A stretch of DNA of 64,000 nucleotides from an uncultured Acidobacteriota bacterium (GCA_963813155.1 CAWEYG010000006.1:128001-192000); one strand, 5' to 3'; shown: positions 20,117 through 29,987, counted from the first letter of the stretch. Notes: generated by a model not told the origin, from the sequence alone. Program-made: numbers and translations.

Positions 20117-21033
20117 CCGCCTTTCTCTTTTCGGGTCAGCTCGCCGAATTCGGCGGCATGGGAAAGGACCTCTACGACGCGTCCCCGGAGGCGCGCGAGC
20201 TCTTCGATCGGACTTCGGAGGCATGCGGCGTCGATCTCGCCGCGGCCCTGTTCGAAGGGGCGGAGCCGGAATGGCGCCGGAACCGCGTGGCGCAGCCCGC
20301 GGTTTTCCTCGTGTCGGTGCTGGCGGGCAGGGAGCTGGAGCGGCGCGGCGTCCTCCCGGCCGCCGTCGCCGGATATTCCCTCGGCAACTATGCCGCGCTC
20401 GTCGCGTCGGGCGCGGTTTCGTTCGAAGACGCGCTGGCCGTGCTTCTCGCCGTGCTCGCCGAATCGGACCTGCAGGGGCTTCGCGGCGCGATGGGAGCGG
20501 TCATCGGGCTGTCGGCGGATTCCGTCGAGCGGGAGTGCGCCCGCCTGCGTTCCGAGGGGCTCGCCGTGTGGATCGGAAACGTCAACGCGGCGACGCAGCT
20601 CGTTCTGACGGGCACGGAGGCCGGCGTGGACGCTGCGCTGATCGCTTTTTCCGGCCGCGCCCTCAAGGCCGTGCGGCTCCCGATGACCTGGCCGATCCAC
20701 AGCGAGCTGATGGAGGACGTCTGCCGCCGTGTCGCTCCGGTCGTGGCCCGTTGCGCGTCGATTCGGGCTCCCGGGATCGCGTTCTACGCGGGTCACACCG
20801 CCGCCCGCGTCACGACGTCCGAAGGCGTGACGGATCTCCTCTCGCGGCAGGCGGCCCTTCCCTCCCGCTGGAAGGAGACCGTCGAAGGGATGGTCGCCGA
20901 CGGGCACCGGGACTTCCTCGAGGTCGGCCCGGGCGACACGCTCTCCCGGATGACCCGCTGGATCGTGCGCGAGGCGTCGTGCCGCCCGGCCGGGACGCTC
21001 GCGGCGATCGGGGACATCGCCCGGGAAGGGTGA
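20113..21033 (+). CDS. ACP S-malonyltransferase (FabD)-like acyltransferase
   Basis: AFLFSGQ..GMG, AQPAVF, GYSLG nucleophile, NVNAATQLVLTG, IHS, FLEVGPG. Confidence 0.87.
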   Translation: MTAFLFSGQLAEFGGMGKDLYDASPEARELFDRTSEACGVDLAAALFEGAEPEWRRNRVAQPAVFLVSVLAGRELERRGVLPAAVAGYSLGNYAALVASGAVSFEDALAVLLAVLAESDLQGLRGAMGAVIGLSADSVERECARLRSEGLAVWIGNVNAATQLVLTGTEAGVDAALIAFSGRALKAVRLPMTWPIHSELMEDVCRRVAPVVARCASIRAPGIAFYAGHTAARVTTSEGVTDLLSRQAALPSRWKETVEGMVADGHRDFLEVGPGDTLSRMTRWIVREASCRPAGTLAAIGDIAREG

Positions 21034-21045
21034 AATACTGAGGGC

Positions 21046-21786
21046 ATGAACTCCCAGAAAACCGCGATCGTCACGGGCGGCTCCCGCGGGATCGGCGCCG
21101 CCATCGCGCGGCGGCTCGCCCGGGACGGCGCCCGCCTCGTGATCACGTGCAAGGACGACTTCGAGAACGCCGACCGCGTCGTCGAGGAGATCGAAGCGGA
21201 CGGGGGGCTCGCGATCTCTCTTCCGGGCGACGTCACGAGCAACGACGAAGTGGCGGAGCTCTCGGCGCGCGTGGAAAAGGACTTCGGCGGCTGCGACATC
21301 CTCGTCAACAACGCGGGAATCATCAAGGACGTGCTCTTCGCCTTCATGCGGGAAGAGGACTGGGATCGCGTCGTCGAGACCTCTCTCAAGGGCACGTATC
21401 GCATGTGCAAGGCGTTCGTGCGCCGGATGATGCACAAGAACTGGGGCCGGATCGTCAACATCGTTTCCGACAGCGGCGTTTCGGGGCAAATGGGGCAGAC
21501 GAACTACTCCGCGGCCAAGGGAGGCGTGATGTCGTTCACGAAATCCCTCGCCCGGGAGGTGGGGGGGCGCAACATCACGGTCAACGCGGTCGCTCCGGGG
21601 ATCATCGAGACGGACATGATCCGCGATCTGACGGCCGAAACCCTCGCCGACTATCTCAAGCTCATCCCGGCGAAGAGGTTCGGAAGCCCGGATGAAGTCG
21701 CCGCGGTCGTCGCTTTTCTCGCGTCCGAAGGCGCCTCCTACGTCTCGGGCCAGATCTGGCAGGTCGACGGCGGTCTGTTGATGTGA
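21046..21786 (+). CDS. fabG: 3-oxoacyl-ACP reductase
   Basis: [31 protein letters not shown]. Confidence 0.92.
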   Translation: MNSQKTAIVTGGSRGIGAAIARRLARDGARLVITCKDDFENADRVVEEIEADGGLAISLPGDVTSNDEVAELSARVEKDFGGCDILVNNAGIIKDVLFAFMREEDWDRVVETSLKGTYRMCKAFVRRMMHKNWGRIVNIVSDSGVSGQMGQTNYSAAKGGVMSFTKSLAREVGGRNITVNAVAPGIIETDMIRDLTAETLADYLKLIPAKRFGSPDEVAAVVAFLASEGASYVSGQIWQVDGGLLM

Positions 21787-21824
21787 ATCATGTAGAATTG
21801 CCTTCACTGGAAAGGAATCCTCGA

Positions 21825-22085
21825 ATGAATGACGCGGAGCTCAAGTCGAAAGTGAAGGATTTGATCGTGCGCCGGCTCAAGCTGGAAATCGCCCCGGCCT
21901 CGATCGACGACTCGGCGCCCCTCTTCGGCGAAGGGCTGGGGCTCGACTCGATCGACGCCCTCGAGCTCGTCCTCGGGCTCGAGCAGGAATTCGGCATCAA
22001 GGTCGCCGACGAGGAAGTCGGCATCAAGGCGTTTTCTTCGGTCAATTCGCTGACCGATTTCATCAAGGAAAAGTCGGCCGCCTGA
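21825..22085 (+). CDS. Acyl carrier protein (aryl-polyene-like type)
   Basis: PLFGEGLGLDSIDALELV phosphopantetheine site; SD AAGGA; ATG 21825. Confidence 0.92.
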   Translation: MNDAELKSKVKDLIVRRLKLEIAPASIDDSAPLFGEGLGLDSIDALELVLGLEQEFGIKVADEEVGIKAFSSVNSLTDFIKEKSAA

Positions 22086-22092
22086 GGGTCGG

Positions 22093-22503
22093 ATGGAGCC
22101 TCAACCGCTTCCGCACGTTTTCCCGTTCCGATTCGTGGAGTCGGTCGTTCGGGAGCGGGACGAGAAATTCGGGGGCGGAGAGGTTTCTGCGGCCGTATCG
22201 TTCGGCCAGCGCGCGTGCTCGGGGCCGGAATGGCGCTCGCCGTTCCTGCTCGCGGAGATCATCGCGCAGTCCGCGCTCCTTCTCGAGGGGGGCGACGCGG
22301 GCGTGGGGCGAACGGGTTTTCTCGCCGGGCTGGACAACTTCGCGCTCCTTCGGCCGCCGGTCCCGGGCGAGCGGCTGACGGTCCGGATCGACCTGCTCGC
22401 GACGTTCGGACTCTTTGCGAAGTTCTCGGGAATCGTCTCGTCGGAGGGCGAGGAGATTGCGCGGGGCGAAATCCTCGTCCGGCGGGGCGCCGGCTCGTCG
22501 TGA
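22093..22503 (+). CDS. FabZ/FabA-like hotdog-fold dehydratase
   Basis: LPHxFPFRFV, EIIAQS, PVPGERL; context next to the ACP. Confidence 0.8.
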   Translation: MEPQPLPHVFPFRFVESVVRERDEKFGGGEVSAAVSFGQRACSGPEWRSPFLLAEIIAQSALLLEGGDAGVGRTGFLAGLDNFALLRPPVPGERLTVRIDLLATFGLFAKFSGIVSSEGEEIARGEILVRRGAGSS

Positions 22504-23147
22504 TCAAGATCGGCCTCGTCGGGCCGGGCACGCAAATCCTTTCGCCGCCTCTGCGCGAGGGCGGCTACGAGGTCGAGGAGCTCTCCGCGGTCGACGTCGG
22601 CCCCGAAGATCTTCGTCCGTTCGACCTCTTCGTCGTGGCGCCGTTTCGGGAGGACGGGCTTCCCCTGTACGACCGGTTCCGCGAGCTCCTCGGCGCGCGG
22701 CGGGTGGCGGTCATCCTCCTGATCGAGCAGCGGCACGGGGACCTTCCCGAGTCCTTTCTCGCCGGAATCAACGACGTGCTTTTCGCGGGCAGCCCGATCG
22801 CCGCGATCCTCGAGAGCGTCGCCCGGCAGACGTCCGCGCCGCGGCGCCGCGATTCCTCGAGTCTTGCGCGCGTGCGCCTGGCGGGCGGCTCCGCGGCCGT
22901 ATGGCTCGGCTGCGCGGTCAACGTGTCCCGGACCGGCCTCCTGCTCGAAGTCCAGAGAGAGCTCTCCGTCGGAGACGCTCTCGAGATCGAGTTCTTTCTC
23001 GGCGACGACCCCGAGCCGGTCGCTACGTCGGCGGTCGTGAAGCGCGGGGTCTTCGACCCGGAACGGATGCGCCGCAGCTACGGCGTTGCGTTCACGCGGA
23101 TCGAACCGAAGGACAAGGTTCGCATCGCACAGTTCTGCGAGGAGTGA
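22500..23147 (+). CDS. PilZ-domain protein with a degenerate receiver-like N-terminus
   Basis: APRRR..NVSRTGLLL..YGVAF PilZ motifs; GTG overlaps the upstream stop. Confidence 0.75.
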   Translation: MIKIGLVGPGTQILSPPLREGGYEVEELSAVDVGPEDLRPFDLFVVAPFREDGLPLYDRFRELLGARRVAVILLIEQRHGDLPESFLAGINDVLFAGSPIAAILESVARQTSAPRRRDSSSLARVRLAGGSAAVWLGCAVNVSRTGLLLEVQRELSVGDALEIEFFLGDDPEPVATSAVVKRGVFDPERMRRSYGVAFTRIEPKDKVRIAQFCEE

Positions 23148-23149
23148 AG

Positions 23150-23434
23150 ATGAGCTCAAACGCCCCGGCCAACGCCGTTCCGAAGGACACGATCTACACC
23201 TGCTCCTTCGAGCCTCCGCACCGGTTGAAGGTGGAATCCCAGAGCGCCACGCCGCGGGGAGTGGTCCTGCGGCTCTCGGATGCCGACAACCCCGGGATCC
23301 CCCCCCGCGAAATCTTCGTCACGCGCGCCGAGCTCAAGATGGGGTACGAAAACGTCTACAAAGCCTGCTTTCTGTGCGTCGACCGGGGACGCAAGGAGAA
23401 GGCGTTCGCGATCCCGAAGTCGGACCTGGAGTAG
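23150..23434 (+). CDS. Small hypothetical protein (possible Zn site)
   Basis: 94 aa; GGAG SD; C..H and CxxC residues. Confidence 0.65.
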   Translation: MSSNAPANAVPKDTIYTCSFEPPHRLKVESQSATPRGVVLRLSDADNPGIPPREIFVTRAELKMGYENVYKACFLCVDRGRKEKAFAIPKSDLE

Positions 23435-23472
23435 GCGATCCGGGCGCAGGCCCTTCCAACTGTTGGGTTTTG

Positions 23473-23488
23473 TGGAACAAATTTTGCA
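23473..23488 (+). promoter_or_regulatory. Sigma54-type promoter
   Basis: TGGAAC-AAATT-TTGCA, GG-N10-GC spacing. Confidence 0.7.
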
Positions 23489-23510
23489 TCTGGGCCGGTC
23501 CAAGGTGGGA

Positions 23511-23774
23511 ATGACTCGAAGGGTATACGCGCATCGTGTGCGCATCGAAGGAAACAATCGATTCGCGATCTCCGCCCCCGAAAACGGGATCTCGGAGAGC
23601 TTCGATTCGGAGATCGAGTTCGAGATTGCGCTCGGGAAGCTCGGGTTTCCGCGCGGTTTCAGCAGCGAGGTCGTAAAAACGCTCCAGGATCGGGGCATCG
23701 TGTGGCTCGACCTCGAGCCGACGGCCGACCTCTCGCTCATCAAAGGCCTCAGCCACACCGGCCGGATGCACTGA
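23511..23774 (+). CDS. Small hypothetical protein
   Basis: 87 aa, MTRRVYAHRVRIEG..; follows the sigma54 site and a purine-rich SD. Confidence 0.65.
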   Translation: MTRRVYAHRVRIEGNNRFAISAPENGISESFDSEIEFEIALGKLGFPRGFSSEVVKTLQDRGIVWLDLEPTADLSLIKGLSHTGRMH

Positions 23775-23798
23775 ACAGGCCTTTCGGCGGGAAAATCG

Positions 23799-23884
23799 TG
23801 GTGCGAAAGGGGGGACTTGAACCCCCACGGTTGTTCACCACAGGCTTCTGAGACCTGCGCGTCTGCCAGTTCCGCCACTTTCGC
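23799..23884 (-). tRNA. tRNA-Leu(CAG)
   Basis: GCGAAAGTGGCGGAACTGGCAGACGCG-CAGGT-CTCAGAA-GCCTG, long variable arm, GGTTCAAGTCC, ends CACCA. Confidence 0.97.
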
Positions 23885-24074
23885 GGGAAAGGCATCTTAG
23901 ATGCCGAACAGGCAACGGTCAAGGCGTTGGCTCGCTCGGCACGGCGTCGGGGTCCTGCCGCCGGCCACCCCGCGGAAATCCTCGGCACGAGCCACGGGGT
24001 TCGCTTTCGAGTCGAGGCTGTCGGGCGGCCTGCGGGTTCCGCAGGGTCCCTGGCCGCCGTCACCCCTTCCGTGC

Positions 24075-24109
24075 CTTCGCTCGGATGGGGGCTCCGCCTC
24101 TGAGCGAAG
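24075..24109 (+). repeat. CTTCGCTC...GAGCGAAG hairpin (family C)
   Basis: Homologous to the reverse complement of 28048-28084 and to the inverted repeat at 17615/17755. Confidence 0.7.
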
Positions 24110-24140
24110 CCGTCGGAGCGGCCCGGAGCTGACGCACTCC

Positions 24141-24224
24141 GCGCAGGCTGGTCTTCGAGAACCCGAGGGAAAGCGAACTGCGGCCGAGGGTGCGAGAAGA
24201 CTTGCCGAGCGGAGGGCTGGGGCT
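24141..24224 (+). repeat. Dispersed structured element, family B copy 2
   Basis: Shares the invariant core CCCGAGGGAAAGCGAACTGCGGCCGAGGGT with 17638-17719. Confidence 0.88.
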
Positions 24225-24275
24225 CAGGCGCGCGACGTCGGCGAGCGAATTCCCGCTCCGGGGTAAACTGCCCGC

Positions 24276-26499
24276 GTGATCCCTTCCGACGCCCAGATCC
24301 TCGACCGCCTTCGCCAGAAGGCCAGCCGCATCCTCTCGTTCGCCCAGCTCGCGGGCGTCTTCGAGGTGGCGGAAGGGGAGAGCGAGGCCTTTCGCGCGCG
24401 GCTCGACGCCCTCGAGACGCGGGGAGAAATCGCGCGGGTACGGGGGGAAAAGTACTCGGCGATCGAGTTCTCGAGCCTCGTCGCCGGCAAGATCTCGATT
24501 CGGGCCGAAGGGTTCGGTTTCGTGCTCTCGGGCGACCGGGCCGTCGAGGATCTCTACATCCCCCGCAACGGCCTGGGCGGCGCGCTCGACGGGGACTTCG
24601 TGCTCGCCCGCGAGGCGCAGACGAAGGCCCGAAAAGGCTCGCGCGCCCGCGACGACCGGACCTCGGGAACGGTCGTCAAGATCCTCCAGAGGGCGCGCGA
24701 CCGCGTCGTCGGCCAGTTCGATTCGAAAGAGGGCCGCCCGCGGGTGGTTCCCTACGACCCGAAGATGGCGACCGAGGTCCGGATCCCGAGCGAGCAGACC
24801 GACGGCGCGATCGACTCGGAGATCGTCGTCGCGAGGTTCACGTCGTATCCCGACGACCGGCGAATCGCCCGCGGCGAGGTCGTCGAGCGCCTCGGTTTTC
24901 TCGGCGAGCCGGGCGTCGACGTCGAGATCGTCATTCGGATGCACGATCTGCCGAACCGATTCCCGCAGGAGGTCGTCGCCGAGTCGGAATCCTTTCCCGA
25001 GCAGCCGGGAGCGGCGGACTTCGCCGGGCGGTCCGACTTTCGAAGCCATGCGATCGTCACGATCGACGGCGAGACCGCGAAGGACTTCGACGACGCGGTC
25101 GAGGTCGAGAAGACCGGCGGGAGGATACCGGCTCGGGAGTCCATATCGCCGACGTGTCTCATTACGTCGCGGAGGGCACGGCGCTCGAGGCCGAGGCCCG
25201 CTGGCGCGGAACGTCCGTTTACTTCCCCGGCCGCGTGATTCCGATGCTGCCGGAGCGCCTTTCCAACGGGCTGTGCTCGCTCAACCCGCGGGTCGACCGG
25301 CTCACGCTCTCCGCGTCGATCGACTTCGATTCCCACGGGCGGGTCCAGGGGTCCTCGTTCTCGAAAGGCGTGATCCGCAGCGCCGCGCGGATGACGTACA
25401 CGGAGGTCGCCCGGCTCCTCGAGAGCCCGACGGCCGAGGACGACCAGTCGTACGGCCCCCTGCTTCCGAAGTTTCGCCTGATGCGCGAGCTCGCGATGCT
25501 GCTCAAGAAACGGCGGGAGAACCGCGGATCGATCGATTTCGACCTCGCCTCCGCGTCGGTCATGCTCGACTCCGACGGTTTCGTCGTCGGGATCCAGCCG
25601 GAGGCGAGGAACGTCGCGCACCAGATCATCGAGGAATTCATGCTCGCCGCCAACGAGGCGGTCGCGAAGCACCTGCTCTTCGCGAAGGAGCCGGCGATCT
25701 ATCGCGTGCACGACCGCCCGGACCCGGACCGGCTGACCGACCTCCGCGAGACGCTCCAGTCGTTCGGCTACGAGCTCAAGGGAGACCTCGCGGAGCTGCG
25801 CCCGTCGGCGTTCCAGAAAGTCCTTCGCGAGATCGAGGGAAAGCCGGAGGAGCGCTTCCTGACGGACCTGCTCCTTCGCTCGCAGCGCAAGGCGGTTTAC
25901 TCCTCCGAGTGCCGCGGCCACTACGCGCTCGCGGCGGACTACTACTGCCACTTCACTTCGCCCGATCCGTCGCTACCCCGACCTGATCGTCCATCGCGCT
26001 CTGACGCGGCTCCTTTCGTCCCGGCGCCCCTTTCCGCCGGACGACTTCGAGGCCCGTAACGGCTTCTACGAACAGGTCGCGCGCGAGTCCTCCGAGCGGG
26101 AGCGCCGGGCCGAGTCCGCGGAGAGGGCGTCCCTGCTGTGGAAGAAGATCGTTTTTCTCCGCGACAAGATCGGAAGAGTCTTCGACGCGTACGTCTCCGG
26201 AGTCGCGGCGTTCGGAGTGTTCGTGACGCTCTCGGAGTTCCTCGTCGAGGGGCTCGTGCCCATCCAGACGCTCTCCGACGACTTCTACGTCTACGAGGAG
26301 CGCGCGCACCGCCTTGCTCGGGCGCCACAGCAAGAAGGCGTATCGCCTGGGCGACGCGATCCGCGTCAAGCTCACGGCCCTGGACGAAGTGCAGCGGCGC
26401 GTCGACTTCCGGCCGGAATCGGCTCCCGCGCCCCCTCCTCGCGAGCCCCGCACAGCAGGGCGGGGGCGGCCGGCGGGCAAACGGCGCGCGCCCCGTTGA
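24276..26499 (+). CDS. rnr: Ribonuclease R (indels near 25135, 25965 and 26320)
   Basis: GFGFV cold-shock domain, TIDGETAKDFDDAV, RGTSVYFP..PMLPERLSNGLCSL, IEEFMLAANE, YCHFTSP, S1 domain, basic tail. Confidence 0.93.
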
Positions 26500-27947
26500 G
26501 CGATTCCCTGCTCCGAGTCGCGATCGTCGGGCGGCCGAACGTCGGAAAGTCGGCGCTGTTCAACCGCATTCTTCGCAAGAGGCGCTCGCTCGTCCACGAT
26601 CTGCCCGGCATGACCCGGGACGTCGTGGAGGAGAAGGTGACGCTCTCGACGGGCGAGTCGTTTCTCTTGATCGACACGGGCGGTTTCGACCCCTCCGACC
26701 GCGGATCGATTCCGGACTCGGTGCGCGAGCGGGCCCTGGCCGAGATCCGCAGCTGCGACCTCGCGCTCCTCGTCGTCGACGCTTCGGCCGGCGTTCTCGC
26801 CGGGGACCGGGAGTCCGCTCGGGTGATCCGCGAGGCGGGCAAGGAGTGCTTCGTCCTCGCGAACAAGATCGACCGGCGCGAAGGGGAAGAGGGGGAGCCG
26901 GAGGCCTACGACCTGGGATTTCCGCTCGTGTTCGGAGTCTCCGCGGAGCACAACCTCGGCGTCGACGAAGTTCTCGACGAGATCGCGCGGAGAGCGAAGA
27001 AGCCCGAGGCCGAGGAAGCGGCGGCGGAGACCGCGGGGGCCGCGGAGATCGCGGTCGCGATCGTGGGCCGGCCGAACGTGGGCAAGTCCTCCCTGTTGAA
27101 CGCGATCGTCGGCTTCGAGAGGACGATCGTCTCGGAGGTCGCCGGAACGACGCGCGACGCCGTGGACATCGTCGTCTCGTTCGGAGACCGGCGCTTTCGA
27201 TTCATCGACACGGCCGGAATCCGGCGCCGCGGAAAGACCGAGCAGGGGCCCGAGGTCCTCTCCGTCGTCGCGGCGCGCAAGCGCCTGGAGCGGTGCGACG
27301 TCGCGCTCGTCGTGTTCGACGCGGTGCAGGGGCCCACGTCGCAGGACTCCACGATCGCGTCGTACGCGGTCGAGAGCGGAAAGGCGCTGCTCCTGATCGG
27401 CAACAAGTGGGACGTCGCCGTCGAGACGACGAAGGATTCCAAGGACTACCGGCTCGACGTGTACGAGAAATTCCCGTTCGCGAAGTTCGCCCCGCTGCTG
27501 CTGATCTCGGCGAAGACCGGCCGGGGCGTCGCGAAGCTCCCGGCCGAGATCGCGCGCGTCGCGGCGAATCGGGAGCGGCGCCTCGCGACCGCGGAGATCA
27601 ACCGCATCGTGACGAACGAGTTTCGCGGCCGCATGCCGAAAGGAGACTCGGGACGGCAGCTGAAGGTCCTGTACGCGTCCCAGACGAAGACGTCGCCGCC
27701 GACGTTCACGCTCGTGGCGTCCCGCGCGGACAAGCTGTATTTCTCCGACTCGCGTCGCATCGAGAACGTCTTTCGCAAGGCCGCCGACTTCGCGGGCACG
27801 CCGATCCTGTTTCACGTGAGCGCGAGAAAGCGGAAGAAGCCGGGTAGCCGGGGGTTCGCTCGCCGACGTCGGGCCAGCCCAGCGTCGGCCCACCGAGCGG
27901 GTCCTGTCGCTGGGCTCGCCCCGCTTTTCCGCTCGCAGCGGGTCTAA
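26496..27947 (+). CDS. der: Ribosome biogenesis GTPase Der/EngA (true stop may be near 27847)
   Basis: Two GRPNVGKS P-loops, DTGG/DTAG, NKID/NKWD, KH-like C-terminus FAGTPI; TTG overlaps the rnr stop. Confidence 0.95.
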   Translation: MSDSLLRVAIVGRPNVGKSALFNRILRKRRSLVHDLPGMTRDVVEEKVTLSTGESFLLIDTGGFDPSDRGSIPDSVRERALAEIRSCDLALLVVDASAGVLAGDRESARVIREAGKECFVLANKIDRREGEEGEPEAYDLGFPLVFGVSAEHNLGVDEVLDEIARRAKKPEAEEAAAETAGAAEIAVAIVGRPNVGKSSLLNAIVGFERTIVSEVAGTTRDAVDIVVSFGDRRFRFIDTAGIRRRGKTEQGPEVLSVVAARKRLERCDVALVVFDAVQGPTSQDSTIASYAVESGKALLLIGNKWDVAVETTKDSKDYRLDVYEKFPFAKFAPLLLISAKTGRGVAKLPAEIARVAANRERRLATAEINRIVTNEFRGRMPKGDSGRQLKVLYASQTKTSPPTFTLVASRADKLYFSDSRRIENVFRKAADFAGTPILFHVSARKRKKPGSRGFARRRRASPASAHRAGPVAGLAPLFRSQRV

Positions 27948-28007
27948 GGACTTTGCTACGACTCCGCGCCGCGAGCGGCAAAAGGGGTCTTGCCCCGCAC
28001 CACCCGC
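27897..28007 (+). repeat. Dispersed ~110-nt hairpin element, family A copy 2
   Basis: Same termini, stem and GACTTTGCTAC loop as 12997-13106. Confidence 0.9.
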
Positions 28008-28047
28008 TGTCTAATGGGCCGGCGCGTTGGCCCGGCGTTCCGCCGGT

Positions 28048-28084
28048 TTCGCTCACGGGTTCGGGCCCCATCCCTGAGCGAAGG
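28048..28084 (-). repeat. Family C hairpin
   Basis: TTCGCTCA..TGAGCGAA; reverse complement CCTTCGCTCAGGGATGGGGC.. matches 24074 onward. Confidence 0.7.
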
Positions 28085-28295
28085 TCCGCGGGGCTCGGGG
28101 CCTAACGCGCGGGCGCCGAGAGGCGCGAAGGGCAGTGGGGACCCCGGCTTACGCGCGCGTCGCACATCGAAGCTCCTCCGCCGGAGCGGCGCGCGAAGTC
28201 CGGGGGACTGCCCGAGCGACAGGACGGCGTCGGCGCCAGCCGGGCCGGACCGACGGGCAGCGAGGCAATCCGCTTCGGGTTAAAATCGCGTGCAG

Positions 28296-28799
28296 ATGCC
28301 GGAAACCGCCGAAAAGACGTTCAAGGCCGCGGAAGTCTGCAAGACCACCGACGTCGCGCCGTACGTCCTGAAGTACTGGCTCACGGAGTTTCCGTGCCTC
28401 TCTGCCGCGGACAAGGACAAGAGCCTGAACCGCAGCTATTCGGAGAAGGAAGTCCAGATCGTCTCGCGCATCCGGCAGCTCCTCTACGACGAGGGATTCA
28501 CGATCGCCGGAGCGAAGAAGAAGATCGACGCGGAAATCGCGGCGGGAGAATTCCAGGGAAAGCCGGGCGCGAAAAAGAAGGCCGCGGCGCCCGCTCCCGC
28601 CCCCGTGAAGCCGATTCCGCTTCCGCCCGAATTGCCCCTGGAGCCGAAGGCGATCCCTTCGCCGGCGCCCGCTCCGCGCGCCGCCGCGCCCGCGCCGGCC
28701 GCGCCCGCACCTGTTCCCGCGCCGAAGGCGGCGCCCGCGGTCGACGCGAAGCGCCTCGCGAAGGATCTGCGGGAGATCCTGAAAATTCTGTCGCGTTGA
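28296..28799 (+). CDS. MerR-family transcriptional regulator with a Pro/Ala-rich linker
   Basis: FKAAEVC..APYVLKYWxTEFP..IRQLLYDEGFTIAGAKKK; typical synteny with tRNA-Pro(GGG). Confidence 0.9.
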   Translation: MPETAEKTFKAAEVCKTTDVAPYVLKYWLTEFPCLSAADKDKSLNRSYSEKEVQIVSRIRQLLYDEGFTIAGAKKKIDAEIAAGEFQGKPGAKKKAAAPAPAPVKPIPLPPELPLEPKAIPSPAPAPRAAAPAPAAPAPVPAPKAAPAVDAKRLAKDLREILKILSR

Positions 28800-28840
28800 C
28801 TCGCGGCCGGGCGCGTGTTCAAATGCGCCCTTCCAACGGT

Positions 28841-28918
28841 CGGGACGTGGCGCAGCCTGGCTAGCGTACCTGAATGGGGTTCAGGGGGTCCCGGGTTCAA
28901 ATCCCGGCGTCCCGACCA
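28841..28918 (+). tRNA. tRNA-Pro(GGG)
   Basis: CGGGACGTGGCGCAGCCTGGCTAGCG..CCTGA-ATGGGGT-TCAGG..GGTTCAAATCC..CCCGACCA. Confidence 0.97.
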
Positions 28919-29302
28919 ATACTTCGAATGTGAAGGACCTGCCGGACGGGCGCGCGTTCTACTGCGGCCGGCGCGTGATACCAGAACCGCGCCGCCGACG
29001 CGAAGGCGAAGTTCGCCAGATCACGATCCGACATCCCGGGAAACTGATATCGACATGCGGGTCAACGGAGTCGCCGGCAATACGGTCGGCTAATCCAAGG
29101 TAGTTCAGCGGATCAAGGCGAGCTCCGACCGCAACCGCAACGCCCGGCTGTATGTGTTGAACGGTCCGCAGGACCTGTTCGGCCGCGATGGAGAACGCCG
29201 CGCAGTTTCAGGACCAGACGAACGCTGTCATAGCGCGTCAGACGATGGCGAAAAGCCCAATTCCATACCAGGTCCAGCAGCTGCGTCTGACGCGCTCACA
29301 AC

Positions 29303-29485
29303 TCAGCGTGCTCGCTTCGACACTCGTGTCACGAGTTCCGCAAGCACCGCGAAAACGCGTGCGCCGAACAGAGAGATCGTCGCGAGCTCGGCCGATGTGA
29401 CGGCAGGTCGGATCAGCGATCGCATGGTGGGCGCAGCCGCCATCAACGCCATGACCACCAGCAGATAGGTCAACGTCTTTTTCAC
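29303..29485 (-). CDS. Small hydrophobic hypothetical protein
   Basis: GAGGAG SD then GTG; VKKTLTYLLVVMALMAAAP signal/TM-like. Confidence 0.55.
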   Translation of the reverse strand: MKKTLTYLLVVMALMAAAPTMRSLIRPAVTSAELATISLFGARVFAVLAELVTRVSKRAR

Positions 29486-29621
29486 TAAAATCTCCTCAGT
29501 CAAATTGTTCAAACGTTTCCGGGAACATTTCCATGAACTCCGCGAATCCGGTGCGATGCCTCACCTCCCGGCTTTCGTCCGTTGCCGCGCATTCTACCCT
29601 TTTTTCTGCGGTTTCTTACCC

Positions 29622-29962
29622 CTACTCCGGGATCTCGAAGGCCTTCGCGATCGTCTTGTCCCGGCTCGGAAGGGCCGAAAGGGCCTTCGCTTTCCGGGCC
29701 CGCACGAACGCCCGGGACTTTTCCCGGAGCCAGAGTCGGGCTCCGGTCTTCGTTCGGAACCCCGCCTTCCCGATCTTTCGCCCGCCGATCGTTGATTTCA
29801 CGGACCAGAGCCGATCCTTGCCCTTCGTGAACATCGCCTGCTCCACGACCGCCTTTCCCTGGGCTTCGGCGGCCGCCTGTTCGGCCCGATAACGCGCCCA
29901 CCGGGCGAGCGCTTTGCCCGGACGGGGTCGGGGCGGCTCCTCCGTTTTTGGTCGTTTTTCAC
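29622..29962 (-). CDS. Small basic protein with an integrase arm-DNA-binding-like motif (start uncertain)
   Basis: ..LWSVKSTIGGRKIGKAGFRTKTGARLWL..; frame stays open upstream of 29846; GTG 29962 needs a frameshift. Confidence 0.45.
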
Positions 29963-29987
29963 CGGGATGGCGCCGCTATCGACTCCC

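Noticed and set aside
18412-21033. 873 aa deacetylase-FabD fusion in the ORF track
   Set aside because: One indel near 20058 restores a normal deacetylase end with TGA overlapping the FabD GTG
27848-27947. Extended Der C-terminus as a novel domain
   Set aside because: It reads into family A repeat DNA; a TAG at 27845-27847 in a neighbouring frame suggests an indel
28920-29300. Possible gene fragment or attachment site after tRNA-Pro
   Set aside because: Short interrupted frames with no recognisable family, and no duplicated tRNA end seen
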